Source of the DNA: Catajapyx aquilonaris
Taxonomy: Eukaryota
NCBI GenBank assembly: GCA_000934665.2
Contig: KZ538448.1
Coordinates: 1 to 64,000 of the forward strand
DNA: 64,000 bases
Direction: 5' to 3'
Numbering within the stretch: the stretch's first letter is position 1; each line of letters opens with the position of its first letter. Both the position numbers and the translations under genes were made by a program. Of this stretch, positions 12,157 to 23,463 are shown one piece after another. Below the pieces are notes generated by a model. The model saw nothing but the letters and a program-made list of their open reading frames with translations. It made no database searches and had not been told where the DNA came from.

Positions 12157-12602
12157 GGTTCGAATCCCGAACCGGGCATTCACCAACCCAGCCGAGAGTG
12201 GCTCCACTCAGCGTAGCCCGACCCAACCACTCCGGCAACAAAGTACCTCCAAAGTAATGACAACAAGTGCCCTATCCCTCCCACCACCTCTAACATGCCC
12301 CCAATTCCCCATCAGAGGTATACTCCAGCCAACATGGCCGCCCACTCCGATACATCCCATCCATGTCCGTGAATACTTGTCTGGCCGTACCGAGTACCGA
12401 GCCAGGCGGCCGGGGTAGGCGCCCTTGGCAAGCAGTGGGGAGGCCAAGAAGAGAGTCAGGCTCCACCTCCTACCCCTCCCCTCGAAGCTTGTCCGCCGGC
12501 GCCTGTGATACAGCCAGCGCCATTCGACCCGCCCCTTCCTTCCTTCCCTCCTCAGTACCCCTGTAGCTCGCCGCCTGATCCGCACTGTGTACGTACGTGT
12601 GT

Positions 12603-13620
12603 CCCACCCAAAAGCCTGCAGTTTGGCCCGGTACGTTCGATGTGCAGTGAGCAGTGTTACCAGTGCCATGTTCGGCCCGGCCGGTAATGCCGGGACCGCC
12701 ACCGTGGGCCTAGGCCGCCGCTCTACATTGTGAGTATTCTGGCCGCATTGCGGCCGGGTAGCGTGCAAGCGGCGGGCCGGCCGATGCGGGCGGGACTCCC
12801 CTGCATCGGCCGCCGCACAATGTAGTGTACCGGTGACAGCTATTATTGGCTGTACCGGACCGGGAGTTGACGCTGTGTCTAACCGTACATGACGCGAAAT
12901 TTTAGGCAGGATGTTTATTTAATGTGAGTCTAGCCGTAATAAATGATCGGTGCCGGAGGGAAAGGACACGCAATCGATTTCATCCTGATTGATTGTTAAT
13001 GGTGGTATGCGTGTGTGCGTGTACCTCCGCCGGTACCCCACAGAACGTAATCTTCTAGACGCGCAATGCTTGATTCAGAATTGTGCGCAAAATCTGATTT
13101 ACAAGCACTCCGATGTATTATTATCCGGAATACAATTTGCGGTCAACGGTTATTGTGGAAACCCGTACAAATTTAGGCAGAATTTTTGCGGGCTTAAATC
13201 TATAGGCCTACACGTAACATCTATTTCCGGTTGACGAATCCTCAAGTGAAGCACTGCCATTTTGCTATTTACAACGTAGTACCCGAGTGAATGCATACAA
13301 ATTGAACAGGCCAACCACCCAGACGATTGAAGTCTTAGTTTTTCAAAATCAATGGACGTTGAGGACAAACTATTATCACTTTCATTGTAGCGCAACAGGA
13401 ATTTCCCGGATATGTAACTGCGTATTACTTTTGTTGTATGACCATATGGCAAAGGAAAATTGTTTGCCGGGAGAAATACATGTCGGGGCGGAAAAGGGCC
13501 CGCAGTGGGAGAATTGCGGCCGGTATGTGGCCCGTTGGCAGCCGGCTCTGCGGCCCGCTCTGAAGAGGTTATTTGGATGTGTATATCCACGTTGGGCCGA
13601 ATTCTGATTTTTTGGGGGGG
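12603..13620. mobile_element. Non-autonomous CACTA/EnSpm-like element (CCC termini)
   Basis: The left end CCCACCCAAAAGCCTGCAGTTTGGCCC mirrors the right end GGGCCGAATTCTGATTTTTTGGGGGGG. GC-rich CGGCC/GGCCCG subterminal repeats occur at both ends. No clear TSD. Confidence 0.5.
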
Positions 13621-13799
13621 AAGTGTTAAGTGTGTTGTCGATATTTTAGTTGCGTTATTATTCAGGCGACGATATGGGCCTAAGCGCGGGTAAACACCGG
13701 AGGAAGTGCGCGTTGCGATGTGCGGCGGACAATAGAGTGGAAATGTGCTGCCTGAAAATGTATGGGGGTATAGGCCGGGGAGAAAATGTCTTTAGGCCT

Positions 13800-14570
13800 C
13801 GGTGTTTGAAACGCGGTTGAATAAACGTCGTGATTTTAGATGCACATGGTAGTAAATGGGATTATGTAGGGATCAGTGGTCAGCCGCACGGCCTTTTTTG
13901 ATGTCATGTATTTTAGGTTGAAGGGGGAAAACGGGGCGTTTATTACGTCGCCTTATAAACGCATAGCCACAGTGGATGTTTAGAACGCGACGGAATAAAA
14001 CTGATTTTAGAAATACACGGTAGTGAACGCCAGGTGTTTTTTGTTGCAGGAAATAATCCGATGTTGATATAAAACGCGACGGAATATACGCCATGATTTT
14101 ACAAGTAGCCTACATGAACGTAAACAGGATTTTGCCAGGGTCGATGTACTTTTACAACCATGTATTTAAGCCCAATTGTCACGACGGAAAAAAAAAACAT
14201 TGCGATTTCAAAAACGGAATTTCGTAGACGTCAGTGGCACGTGGAATTTATTTTACGTAGTCTATATTCTACGTTGCATGGAAAACCCGTCACGTCTAAA
14301 CGCAGGCCCCAAACTCACTATAGCGTTTAAAACGCGACGGAATACACGCCATGATTTTAGCAACACATGAGAGTAAACAGTGTTTTGTTTGGGTCAGGCG
14401 CAATTTACGTCCATGTATTTTAGGCTCCACCTACACGAGGCACTTAAAACGGGACGGAAAAACGTCATGATTTCCGAAACACATGGTAATAAACGGGATT
14501 GTGTTGGCGTAACCCATCGTCGTTTTTACGCCCTTATATTTGAGCTTGCATTAAAACGCGACGTCTTTTC
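13800..14570. repeat. Irregularly spaced degenerate repeat array
   Basis: The motif AAACGCGACGGAATA-n-ACG-n-CATGATTTTAG recurs near 13809, 13984, 14071, 14181, 14329, 14446 and 14553. Confidence 0.7.
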
Positions 14571-15243
14571 GACGCCTTATGTGGCCAGGCTAATGCGCAT
14601 TATTTTAAAATCTAATCAAATGCATGGTTTATATGAGAATGACTGTTTGGAACAGCATGCGCATACGCTCCACAACGTCACTTGCGCGTCGTAACGTCTT
14701 GTGGTAAAAAAAATTGCGTGTGGAGGGCAATGGGTGCAGTCCAAAGGAAAAGGCAACTTTCCCTGATGTCGCCCAGACGCTTCACTCACACCAGTCGGCT
14801 ACGGTACCACAATACACACGTACAACACCCCCGTCCCTTCACATCCGTGACCTAGTTGCAAGCGGAACCCTATAGTCAGCGGTGGGCCTGGCCTGACAAA
14901 TGGTGCTTCCGACGGGCCTATTGCCTGGGTATTCCTTGCAGGCTGCCAACATTGCCTGCATTTGCGTGTTACTTCAAATCCTGTAGTTATTACTGCGGCG
15001 AAAGAGTATATTTGCGGGTCGTACTGTATAGGCGCCAACTTTGCTGGCTGGATGGGTAGCCCTGTAAATGCTGCAAACAGTGTTCTGGCTGAAATGGAGC
15101 GTAGGGCGCGGCACACTACGGACAATTTAGCTATAGTAAATATAGGTTTGAGCTGCATTATTTAGGATTCAAATATTGTGTTGAGGGTCGAGCGTTGCCT
15201 ATGCAAAGAGGATTATGACATCAAAGTCGACTGTACTTTTTCA

Positions 15244-15345
15244 GCAACATTGCAATGTTGTCATCTCTTTTTTATACGAATCCTTATAGTATACGTACTA
15301 TATGGATTCGTATAGAAAAGAGATGACAAAACATTGCAATGCTGC
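15244..15345. repeat. Near-perfect ~100-bp palindrome (fold-back MITE-like)
   Basis: GCAACATTGCAATGTTGTCATCTCTTTT...TACGAATCC mirrors GGATTCGTA...AAAAGAGATGACAA..CATTGCAATGCTGC. Confidence 0.85.
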
Positions 15346-16624
15346 CTCTAAATGCTGTAAATTGACCTGCTTCAAATAAAGAAATGTCAAATTGCGGAAG
15401 ATCTTATATGTGTAGAACTGTAGAAGTGCAGGCAATATTGTAAATCACCTGAAATAATAATAAACAAATACCGGTTATAAAAATATGGAATATTGGATGA
15501 ATTTCGTACGTTTTGAATGTCTGACGCGATTGTCTGGTGTATGATATTGCAGATTGTTTTAGCCTCCAGCTGGTTGGCCGGTGGGTGTCAAAGGAATGTG
15601 CTCTAGGGCCGACTCCTTCATAATAAGTCAGACCAGCCTGGCCCACCAGACTTGCTGAATATTTTCAGGCTCACTGGTACACCCTGTATGTTGGTAGGAA
15701 CTAGGTGGACGTAAGTCCTATTTTGGATGAGAACAGGCCAGTTTGCATTGGAGGCGTGTGCGGGCGTTGTACGTAGCGAGGGAACATAATACTGGTAGCT
15801 TATGCAGGAAATGTTATTTCCTGCGCCCTCTATACTTTCGGATGCTACTGATTGTTTGACGTAACCGTTAGGCCTACATAGCTGGTGAATTATATAGGAC
15901 GACTATTTTGATGGAGATCCTATAGCTTGTGCCAAAGTATAATTGGTGGTGATGTTCAGCGAGATTCACTTTTAGTCATTATGGGAGTGATATTAAATTA
16001 TTGCGGCAATCTCGCTGCCTGTAATGCAAAACGTGGTATCTTCGAAATTATTAATTTTACTGGAGAGTGGCAGTAATTGATTTAAAATTGTGGCGTAATA
16101 TTATGAACCGCTTGTTTCTTATATAGGCCCTGTCGCATGAACTCAACAATCTCTGATTGCATGCAGTCTATGCATTCACATTTTCTGAATTTGAGTTGAT
16201 ACAACCGGGCATTATGACCGGTTGCATTATGGAGTAAATCTCCGATTATGGCAAATTATGCATTGCGAATGCATGTACATAACAGGAGATTTTCCCTAAT
16301 TTGCGTCCATACAACCTGAGCTTAATGAAGATGAGTACATGCAAAACCTCTTGCACATTTACTTAATTGGTACATAGTCACCACTGATCTCGACTTATCT
16401 TGCAATAATTGTTGCACTTAGCTAGTGTTGTGCCATCACTCAGGCTCACGATAGCATCGCGTTATTGACTCAAATATTATGCATTTGAACTATTTCTGTA
16501 TGGAGACAACGTGATGAATGCGATTGGCAATGCGAGATCTTGTATCCAAAATGTGGGAGACATGAAGTAGGCTATGACAGTGTAAATATGACCTGTCATT
16601 AGTAACAGAGTACGATATTTCACA

Positions 16625-16802
16625 GCCTGGCGAGAACGACTTTCGGCAGGTCTACGCGAGTTTCTGCCCCAAACGCAAAAGTTGAACATGACCGAAAACG
16701 CATGCGCAGAACTTGAAGGTGCATTTAGGTTTCACGTTTTCGGTCACGTTCGATTTTGCTTTTGGGGCCGTAGAAACTTCCTGACATCATTTTCGGCCAG
16801 AC
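16625..16802. mobile_element. Degenerate palindromic MITE
   Basis: GTTTCTGCCCCAAACGCAAAAGTTGAACATGACCGAAAACG mirrors CGTTTTCGGTCACGTTCGATTTTGCTTTTGGGGCCGTAGAAAC. Confidence 0.65.
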
Positions 16803-17297
16803 CTGGAGTTACCAGGTTTAGCATCGAGATAATTATGTTATTCAATCTAACAAAGTGCAGTGGTAACCCCTTTCACGTAAGCCAAAGCCAGTGAGAAACT
16901 GGATCATGTGAACGGTAGATAGAATAATTTCTGAATTTCTGAATTGGAGGTAATCACGGCATTGCCTTCCAGGCGCACAGTTCACGTGCGAGATGTCACG
17001 TAATCAGTAGATGTACACTGTACAGTACCAAGGAATGACCCTAGTACGCCGGTTGCTTTACGTCAACGTTTGTGTCTGGTGTAGCATATCCTACATTGCT
17101 TTTGCGCCGTAAAAATATTAATCAGTCTATTCCACGGGGTTACTGTCCTACCAAGGTACATCTGCATACCAGTATACCAGTGTATATTCCAATTAGTTCC
17201 AGTTTGGATTGACATCACCTTTGTTGCCATTGATATTGTCACTTAGTAATGACAACATTGGTGAAATATTAGTGAAAACCTGATCATATGTAGTGTA

Positions 17298-17583
17298 CAG
17301 TGTTGGACACAAATCGCGTCATACTGCTTGCGACATTTTCTGATGCGGCAGAAGTGCTAATCGAAGTGATAGAGTGTGAGCCATGCGAGTAAGAAGAGGT
17401 AGGCCTTGAGTGACGTCACCGGCTGGGGAGCAATGGAGAAAAGGCTTGTCCCCAGCCAGTGACGTCACCCAAGAGTTACTATTTTTACTTATTCGCACGG
17501 CTCGCGCTCTATCACTTCGATTTGCACGTCTGCCGCATTGGAAAATGTCGCTAGCAGTATGACGGAATTAATATCCAGCACTG
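17298..17583. mobile_element. Tc1/mariner-type palindromic MITE, family copy 1
   Basis: TA|CAGTGTTGGAC...ATCCAGCACTG|TA with ~120-bp inverted arms. Homologous copies start at 32207, 40370 and 55642. Confidence 0.92.
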
Positions 17584-17628
17584 TACATCGACATACCAGA
17601 GTTGGGTACATCCTCGGTGGATCCCTCT

Positions 17629-17749
17629 GTCCGGTTTCTCCAACCTTTTTAACGGGCCGTTAAGCGGTAAGGGCAGTAAAGGGCCATAAAAATTAACCCG
17701 ATGCCCGTTAGCTCGTAAGGGCCGGTTGAAAACGTTGTAGAAACCGGGC
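17629..17749. mobile_element. Small MITE (PIF/Harbinger-like TIR)
   Basis: TIR GTCCGGTTTCTCCAAC / GTTGTAGAAACCGGGC. Confidence 0.6.
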
Positions 17750-18199
17750 AAGGGATGGACAGACGCCTGCAAGTGAGAATTGTGGTTGCAGGACGCTGTA
17801 TTGCTGACTAGTACGTGTAAACGGCAGCCTTGAGTATCGGTTTCCAATAGCAGTGTGTCGAGTGGTTACCAAGAAGTGCGTGGACCTGACAAAACCTTAG
17901 GTACATGGCTGTGTACACTATAAATACTTCTGTTGCAAGTTATGTCGAGAGTGACGGTGATTAGGGCTCCAACAAATTCAGTGTACAACCGATGGTGTCG
18001 CTGCTACCGCATGCTGGAGCAGAGACCTCACCTGTTTTGTACTGAACTAGTTGGCGATCCTGACCACGGATCTTTTTGCTCGTGACTGTACATGTAAGTC
18101 CTTACCGTGCCCTGAAACCGAAATGTAGCCGGGGCGTGTACCCCATGACTCCGGCCTTCCCCCGGTATCACGCCACACCACCATCGGCCTTATGCGTGG

Positions 18200-18660
18200 G
18201 CATGCAACAATGACAACCCAACCCGACCGCGGCCATGTTTACACCCAGAAGTTGCGATGCCCCTCCTCTCTATATATTGAAGCTGGAAATAAACTTAGCG
18301 TGACGAACCAGACGAGATGTGTGCATGGGTTGTATGGCCAGAAATGTGCATCAACTTCCAAGGTACTGTGGTACGCCAATCGGGATGGTAACCTGTTTCC
18401 GTATATTTCCCGACTAGAGAAGCCTACGTGGAACTCATCAAAATGGAACCGGTTTAGAACAAGACCAATTCTGAGAAAAGACTGCGTCAGGGGGGTGGGG
18501 TCACTGGGGCCTAGGTGGGGGTAGGAAGCTTGACATTGACCTTGCAGTGGAAGAACATTTTTAGACACTGTGGATGGTGCACACATCGCGTTTCGGTGGG
18601 GGTCTGTATAGGAAACGGTATATTCAGAGCGGGTGGCAGCCGATGCCTGTACATGTACCG
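18200..18660 (+). pseudogene. Decayed 3' end of an Ingi/Vingi-like (I-group) LINE ORF
   Basis: The frameshifted translation LEKPTWNSSKWNRFRT...QWKNIFRHC...SRFGGGL matches the recalled C-terminal pattern LPRxxWxxLNRxRTG...QTMxHIVxxCPxxRFxGGL. Confidence 0.5.
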
Positions 18661-19004
18661 GCCGTGGGAAATTTCAGGCAGGCGAGTGCCACGACCCTGT
18701 CACTGAATATACTCGTAACAGTTTGCACCAATTTGGGCTCATGTAAGTGATAGGATCATGCGGAGTTAAGGAATGGCGTGTTCCGTTGAGTGCCTGAGAG
18801 GTACGGGCGGCAACGCTGCTAGCCACATGATCCGAATTAGCCTGTGGCAGCCAGCATGTACCTCTCAGGTATAGTGCGTTCAGCCGTGTAAGTCAGCTCC
18901 CATCCACCGCCTCCCCTTACTGAAACCCAAACGCGATAACTGAGGGCGATAAGAGGCTCGAAAATTTGACGCAGTGTAGGCCGACTCCATGACCGAACAA
19001 CATG

Positions 19005-19005
<1 letters not shown>

Positions 19006-19040
<35 letters not shown>
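19006..19040. repeat. (TAA)n microsatellite, probably a retroposon tail
   Basis: Directly visible downstream of the LINE relic and a hairpin-rich segment. Confidence 0.9.
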
Positions 19041-19041
<1 letters not shown>

Positions 19042-20765
19042 TACAGTACAGCACTACGGTACATTTGGACTAATTTTTGGGGGGACATATATAGTGTCTC
19101 GAAATCAAAATTTTGTGTATTTGCGAGCCTTTATGGCGTTTGGGTTTCAATAGGGGGTGGGATTCAGATAAGGTGGTGGGTGGGAGGATCTGACCTGTAA
19201 AGCTGAACTATGAGAGGTGGTCATTTTGGAAAGTTGTGGAGATGGATTGATTATTTGCACCATTAGAGTCGTTTCTAATTTGCGGGACGGGCCCATGTTG
19301 TGCAGAATTGATCTTTTGCGCGATGTACTTTTGAAAGTAGGTTCATTGAGAAGGGGGCTGCGTTGCTGGGGTTTCACTGACAGTATACCAAAGGGAATCA
19401 AGTGCATGGGGATGGTTCGATGCTATTTCTGAGATGGGTCTCTATAGAATGTAATTTTGAGTGGCCAGGAATTTTATAAGCTATGTGAAGCGGACATGTA
19501 AGGCTTGAGTCGCTGGAAATATTGACCAGGAAACCCACGCAAAACCTCTCCAGAAGTTGTGCTATATAGTCACCCCATATTTCGTTTCCCACCGAGAAAC
19601 CTGATAAGTTACATCAGGAAGTAAAACTGATTTCGATGCACTGTCTGTATATTTCTTATGCCTGATCCACTTTAAAATTGGCATATAGTGAGACAAGGTA
19701 GCAGTTAGGTGTGGCCATATTTTGTCATCGGGTAACATTTCTATAGACGGCCTCACAAGTCAGTACCTCAAATACGTAATAGGATTACTTTGTATCATAA
19801 GTCTAGTGAGGATACGAGTTATATGAATGAGCGAAAAGATGTTTATATTCCCAAGTCAACAAGACTTTATGAGGCTCAGAGTGCATGATCTCTGACCGTT
19901 GTGAAGGCTTGTTCGTTTAAAATTCCAGATAATCATGGAATTCTCTATGATGTTACTGTACCCTGTTCTAAAGTGTGGAAAATACCCTAAATGCACGTGT
20001 ATAGTCGGGGATCCCCAGTTCCAGTAAATGGTAGACCAGTTTCAACCAGGTGTAAATTACTGGAAAAGCGAATTTAATAATCTTCAAAGTTTCAGATCAC
20101 CTAGGGGTAGAAGGGGGAATGGGGAAAAAAATTAATGAGCTAACTTTGTTTACAATATCTACGTACTTTGACCATATAAGTAAGCTTATAAGTTCTAAAT
20201 ATTTGCCCGCTTTGACATGGTAATTATATCGAGGATGAGATAGCTTCCGTCGGTTTTGGTACCGGGGTTAATACCAATTCAGCCCCACTGATAGTTGCCC
20301 TTGACCCATGAACCCAAAATAGTCCCCCAAAAAATGACTCCATTTTGTCTGCCCATTCCAAGGCCATGTGCCAATTTCCATTTCAAAAAATGCTGAGGTT
20401 TCATTGCCTCCTGGTGTGTCACGGAATCACCCCGTGACCATACCAACACCCAGCACCATGCACCTGTCCCTTTCCCCCCTCTTCCCCTTCCACCCCAACC
20501 CCCTCGCCCCCATCTCTCCTATCTAAAATCCCCAACTTCTGGACGACCAATCTTCAACAATGGAATAGGCGTTTCTCATTCCAACCACGTCCCAAAATTG
20601 ATAATATCTGGAGGAAACAACGCCCTATTTCCAAAAAACCTTCCAGATTATGCACATCAGTAGTTTTTAGCTTAAAAACTCATCAGTATTATTTAGTAAT
20701 TTTATTTTCTTATTATTTATTTATTTTATTGGTGTATTATTTTATTTGCTTATTATTTATTTATT

Positions 20766-20865
20766 TATATTTGAGTATTATTTATTTATTTATATTTGAG
20801 TATTATTTATTTGTTTATATTTGAGTATTATTTATTTGTTTATATTTGAGTATTATTTATTTGAG
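20766..20865. repeat. 25-bp AT-rich minisatellite, ~4 copies
   Basis: The unit TATATTTGAGTATTATTTATTTRTT is repeated in tandem. Confidence 0.9.
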
Positions 20866-22666
20866 TAGACTATTGTTTGTTTGTTTGTTTATTTATTTAT
20901 TTATTATGAGGGAACGATGCAATTTCGTGGATGTTGTACACTCCAGCCGCGTGGGAAATGTCAACTGCAGTACCAAAAGGAGGAAAAACGCGTCCCCAAA
21001 ATCGGGAAACAATAGATCGGACTCGGAAAGTGTGCTCTCGAATACACTTTGATGGCTGCACCCCCCCCCCCCCCACCTGCCCCCTCTCCAGCCTCTTCTA
21101 CCCCTTTTCCGGTCGTGAGTTTTCAGAGACGGGAAATTACTGGTGGGGGTGTCCTATATGGACAGATTTTGAGGATGGGGACAATTTCACATTTTTTGAG
21201 GGTAGAGGTTGTTTGTATGAGAATCAATGCTCCAAAGCCAGGATTTGCAGAGGTTTTTGTCAGCATCCTGGCCAGCTGAAGATCTTCAACTAGGGGGCAA
21301 TGCAGTTGATTTGGGGAGGAGACGGCGGGGCCCAGTAATGTGGAGTGACATTGTGCTAGGCCTAACTTCCCCCTTCCTTTCCTTTGAATTCGTTCCCGAG
21401 CCGATAATAAATGTTGGCGGGAGCTCGATCGCCGCCCTGAATCTAACCGACTTCAACCTTTGCTTTTCAGGATGACGTTTTTAGCTAATCAGAAGTGGAT
21501 AAGACGAGGGGGAGGGGGGGGGGGNTTTTTTGGATGGATTTTCTGGGTGAGAAATTTTCGCCTCGATTAAGATTATTATTGTAGGAACTGAGAAATTACT
21601 CGGGTGATAATTTATTGGAGCCAAAATCACCTGGAAGAAACGCGTCATTTTTATACCTTTGTATAGAGTCATTACGACTAATTGTGGCGCCTTCGATTGT
21701 CATGCACGCGATGCTCCGAAGAACTCAGGATAAGGCGTAGGAGGAAGAGAACTAAGGCTTGTGCAGTAGTGTTTTGTCATTTTTTTTTTGTTAGTACCGG
21801 CCCATGCAACGTGATTCATCTAAACATGACGAGATTTGCAGAGATGGAATCACTTGATTGACGCAGCAGATGGTTGTCCTGAAAATGATACGAAGGGACT
21901 CTACTCAGAGTCACAGCATGGCATATTCCTGGTAAGCTATACAGGATGAACTCGAATTTTGTCGAATTTTTGGCTGTGCGATAGGTGTTTCCGTGCATAT
22001 CTTGCCAGCAACCATATCTAAAATGGAGTTTGATGCCTGGAGCCTATCCTTTCAACTTGGGGTATTTTCTCACCGGGGCCTGCATGAATTATCCACAGAT
22101 CAACCAGACCTTCCAAAAGACAGACAGACAGACAATCATTACGGGCCGCGGGCTGAACTGCTTTGTACTGTGGAGTGTGTAGTGTACCTGTATGTCAAAG
22201 GTGATATTGAGAAAGTGCCATCATCAGCTATAATGGTAGTGAGATGCGTGAGGTGGTAATTTTCACAGGTGTGCATACTCTCTGGCATCGACTTTGTTAG
22301 ATTCTCTGTGCATGAGGGTGGGTAGAACATGAGAGGGACAGAGGGATGAGTGTGCTTTAATGGCGTGTTTACAGAATTTCATAGCTAGAGTTTGCGGTTG
22401 CTGCTGGTGGAACTCGCCATAGAAATATCTAGGGAGAGATACGTGGAAAATGTCGGGTAACACATGGTACACGTATACAGTACATAAGGGTATACACATG
22501 TCTTGCATATTTGTGCATATCAAAAGCGGCGCGGGTCGTTAACTCTCCCCGAACACGCTTTTTTTTTACATGAACCTCCGGTTTCGTCGGGTCCTGTGCA
22601 AGTGTCCAAGGATTTGTGATTGTGAATACTGTGCTCCTATGTCGTTCGAGGGGCCAAGAACTGAAG

Positions 22667-22775
22667 TGAGGGGGTAGTCACTTATGGTGATCCTTGTACA
22701 CTGTACACCTTCGATGGTGATCCGGTGCTTTTGGTGATCCAGTGTACACTTCAGTGAGGAGTGACTACCCCCTTG
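22667..22775. mobile_element. Mini-MITE with an 8-bp TSD (P- or hAT-like)
   Basis: TIR TGAGGGGGTAGTCACT / AGTGACTACCCCCTTG and a perfect TSD AACTGAAG (22659-22666, 22776-22783). GGTGATCC is repeated internally. Confidence 0.85.
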
Positions 22776-23406
22776 AACTGAAGACTTAACTTTGCGTATG
22801 CATTATATTGAACCGAGAAGAGCCTAATCCGATATTAATTATGCCTGTACCTAATTAGCACGCTACTGTATAACAGAGGCTTAGTAGAATCTAATAGATA
22901 TGTGCAGCATCTTGGGTGATACGGATACGGTAGCATTGTAGTTTACAACTACTATTGAAGAAAGGCTGCCATTGTGCACTAATTCGCACAGGCATACAAC
23001 TATAGATCTACAAAATCTGGCCCACCATTATTTCCATTGTAAACATTGGTTGGTTGTGCGCCATAACATACGTAAGCCCGAGCCATGGCTGTTTACCAAG
23101 GAGCGAATAGTCGATCGTGATTTCGCGGACGCGTGGATAGCCTACAGTTGTAGATTTGGTAAAGATTTACTCTGTTCCCTATGGGTATGCCTTGCATATT
23201 ATAGTACCAGAAGTACTCTTCAAACACAGCTCTCCACAACATGGTTAGTAATCATAGTCTTATAATTAGTCTCACATGTTACTAATTGCCCTCCGTCAGC
23301 GTTAGGGATACGGACAGCACAATTGCCACTGGCACCCCTGGATGTCATTAAATGGTTTTTTCACATGACCAGCAGGGGTGCCAGCACCATCTGCATTTGT
23401 CTACTA

Positions 23407-23407
23407 T

Positions 23408-23462
<55 letters not shown>

Positions 23463-23463
23463 T
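23407..23463. repeat. (TTTA)n microsatellite, probably a minus-strand retroposon tail
   Basis: Directly visible. Confidence 0.9.

Noticed and set aside
12208..12768. 186-aa Arg/Gly-rich ORF
   Set aside because: It results from GC-rich repeat sequence that lacks stop codons, and it spans a transposon boundary.
13800..14570. CRISPR-like appearance
   Set aside because: The repeats are degenerate, the spacers are uneven and partly homologous, the context is eukaryotic, and there are no cas genes.
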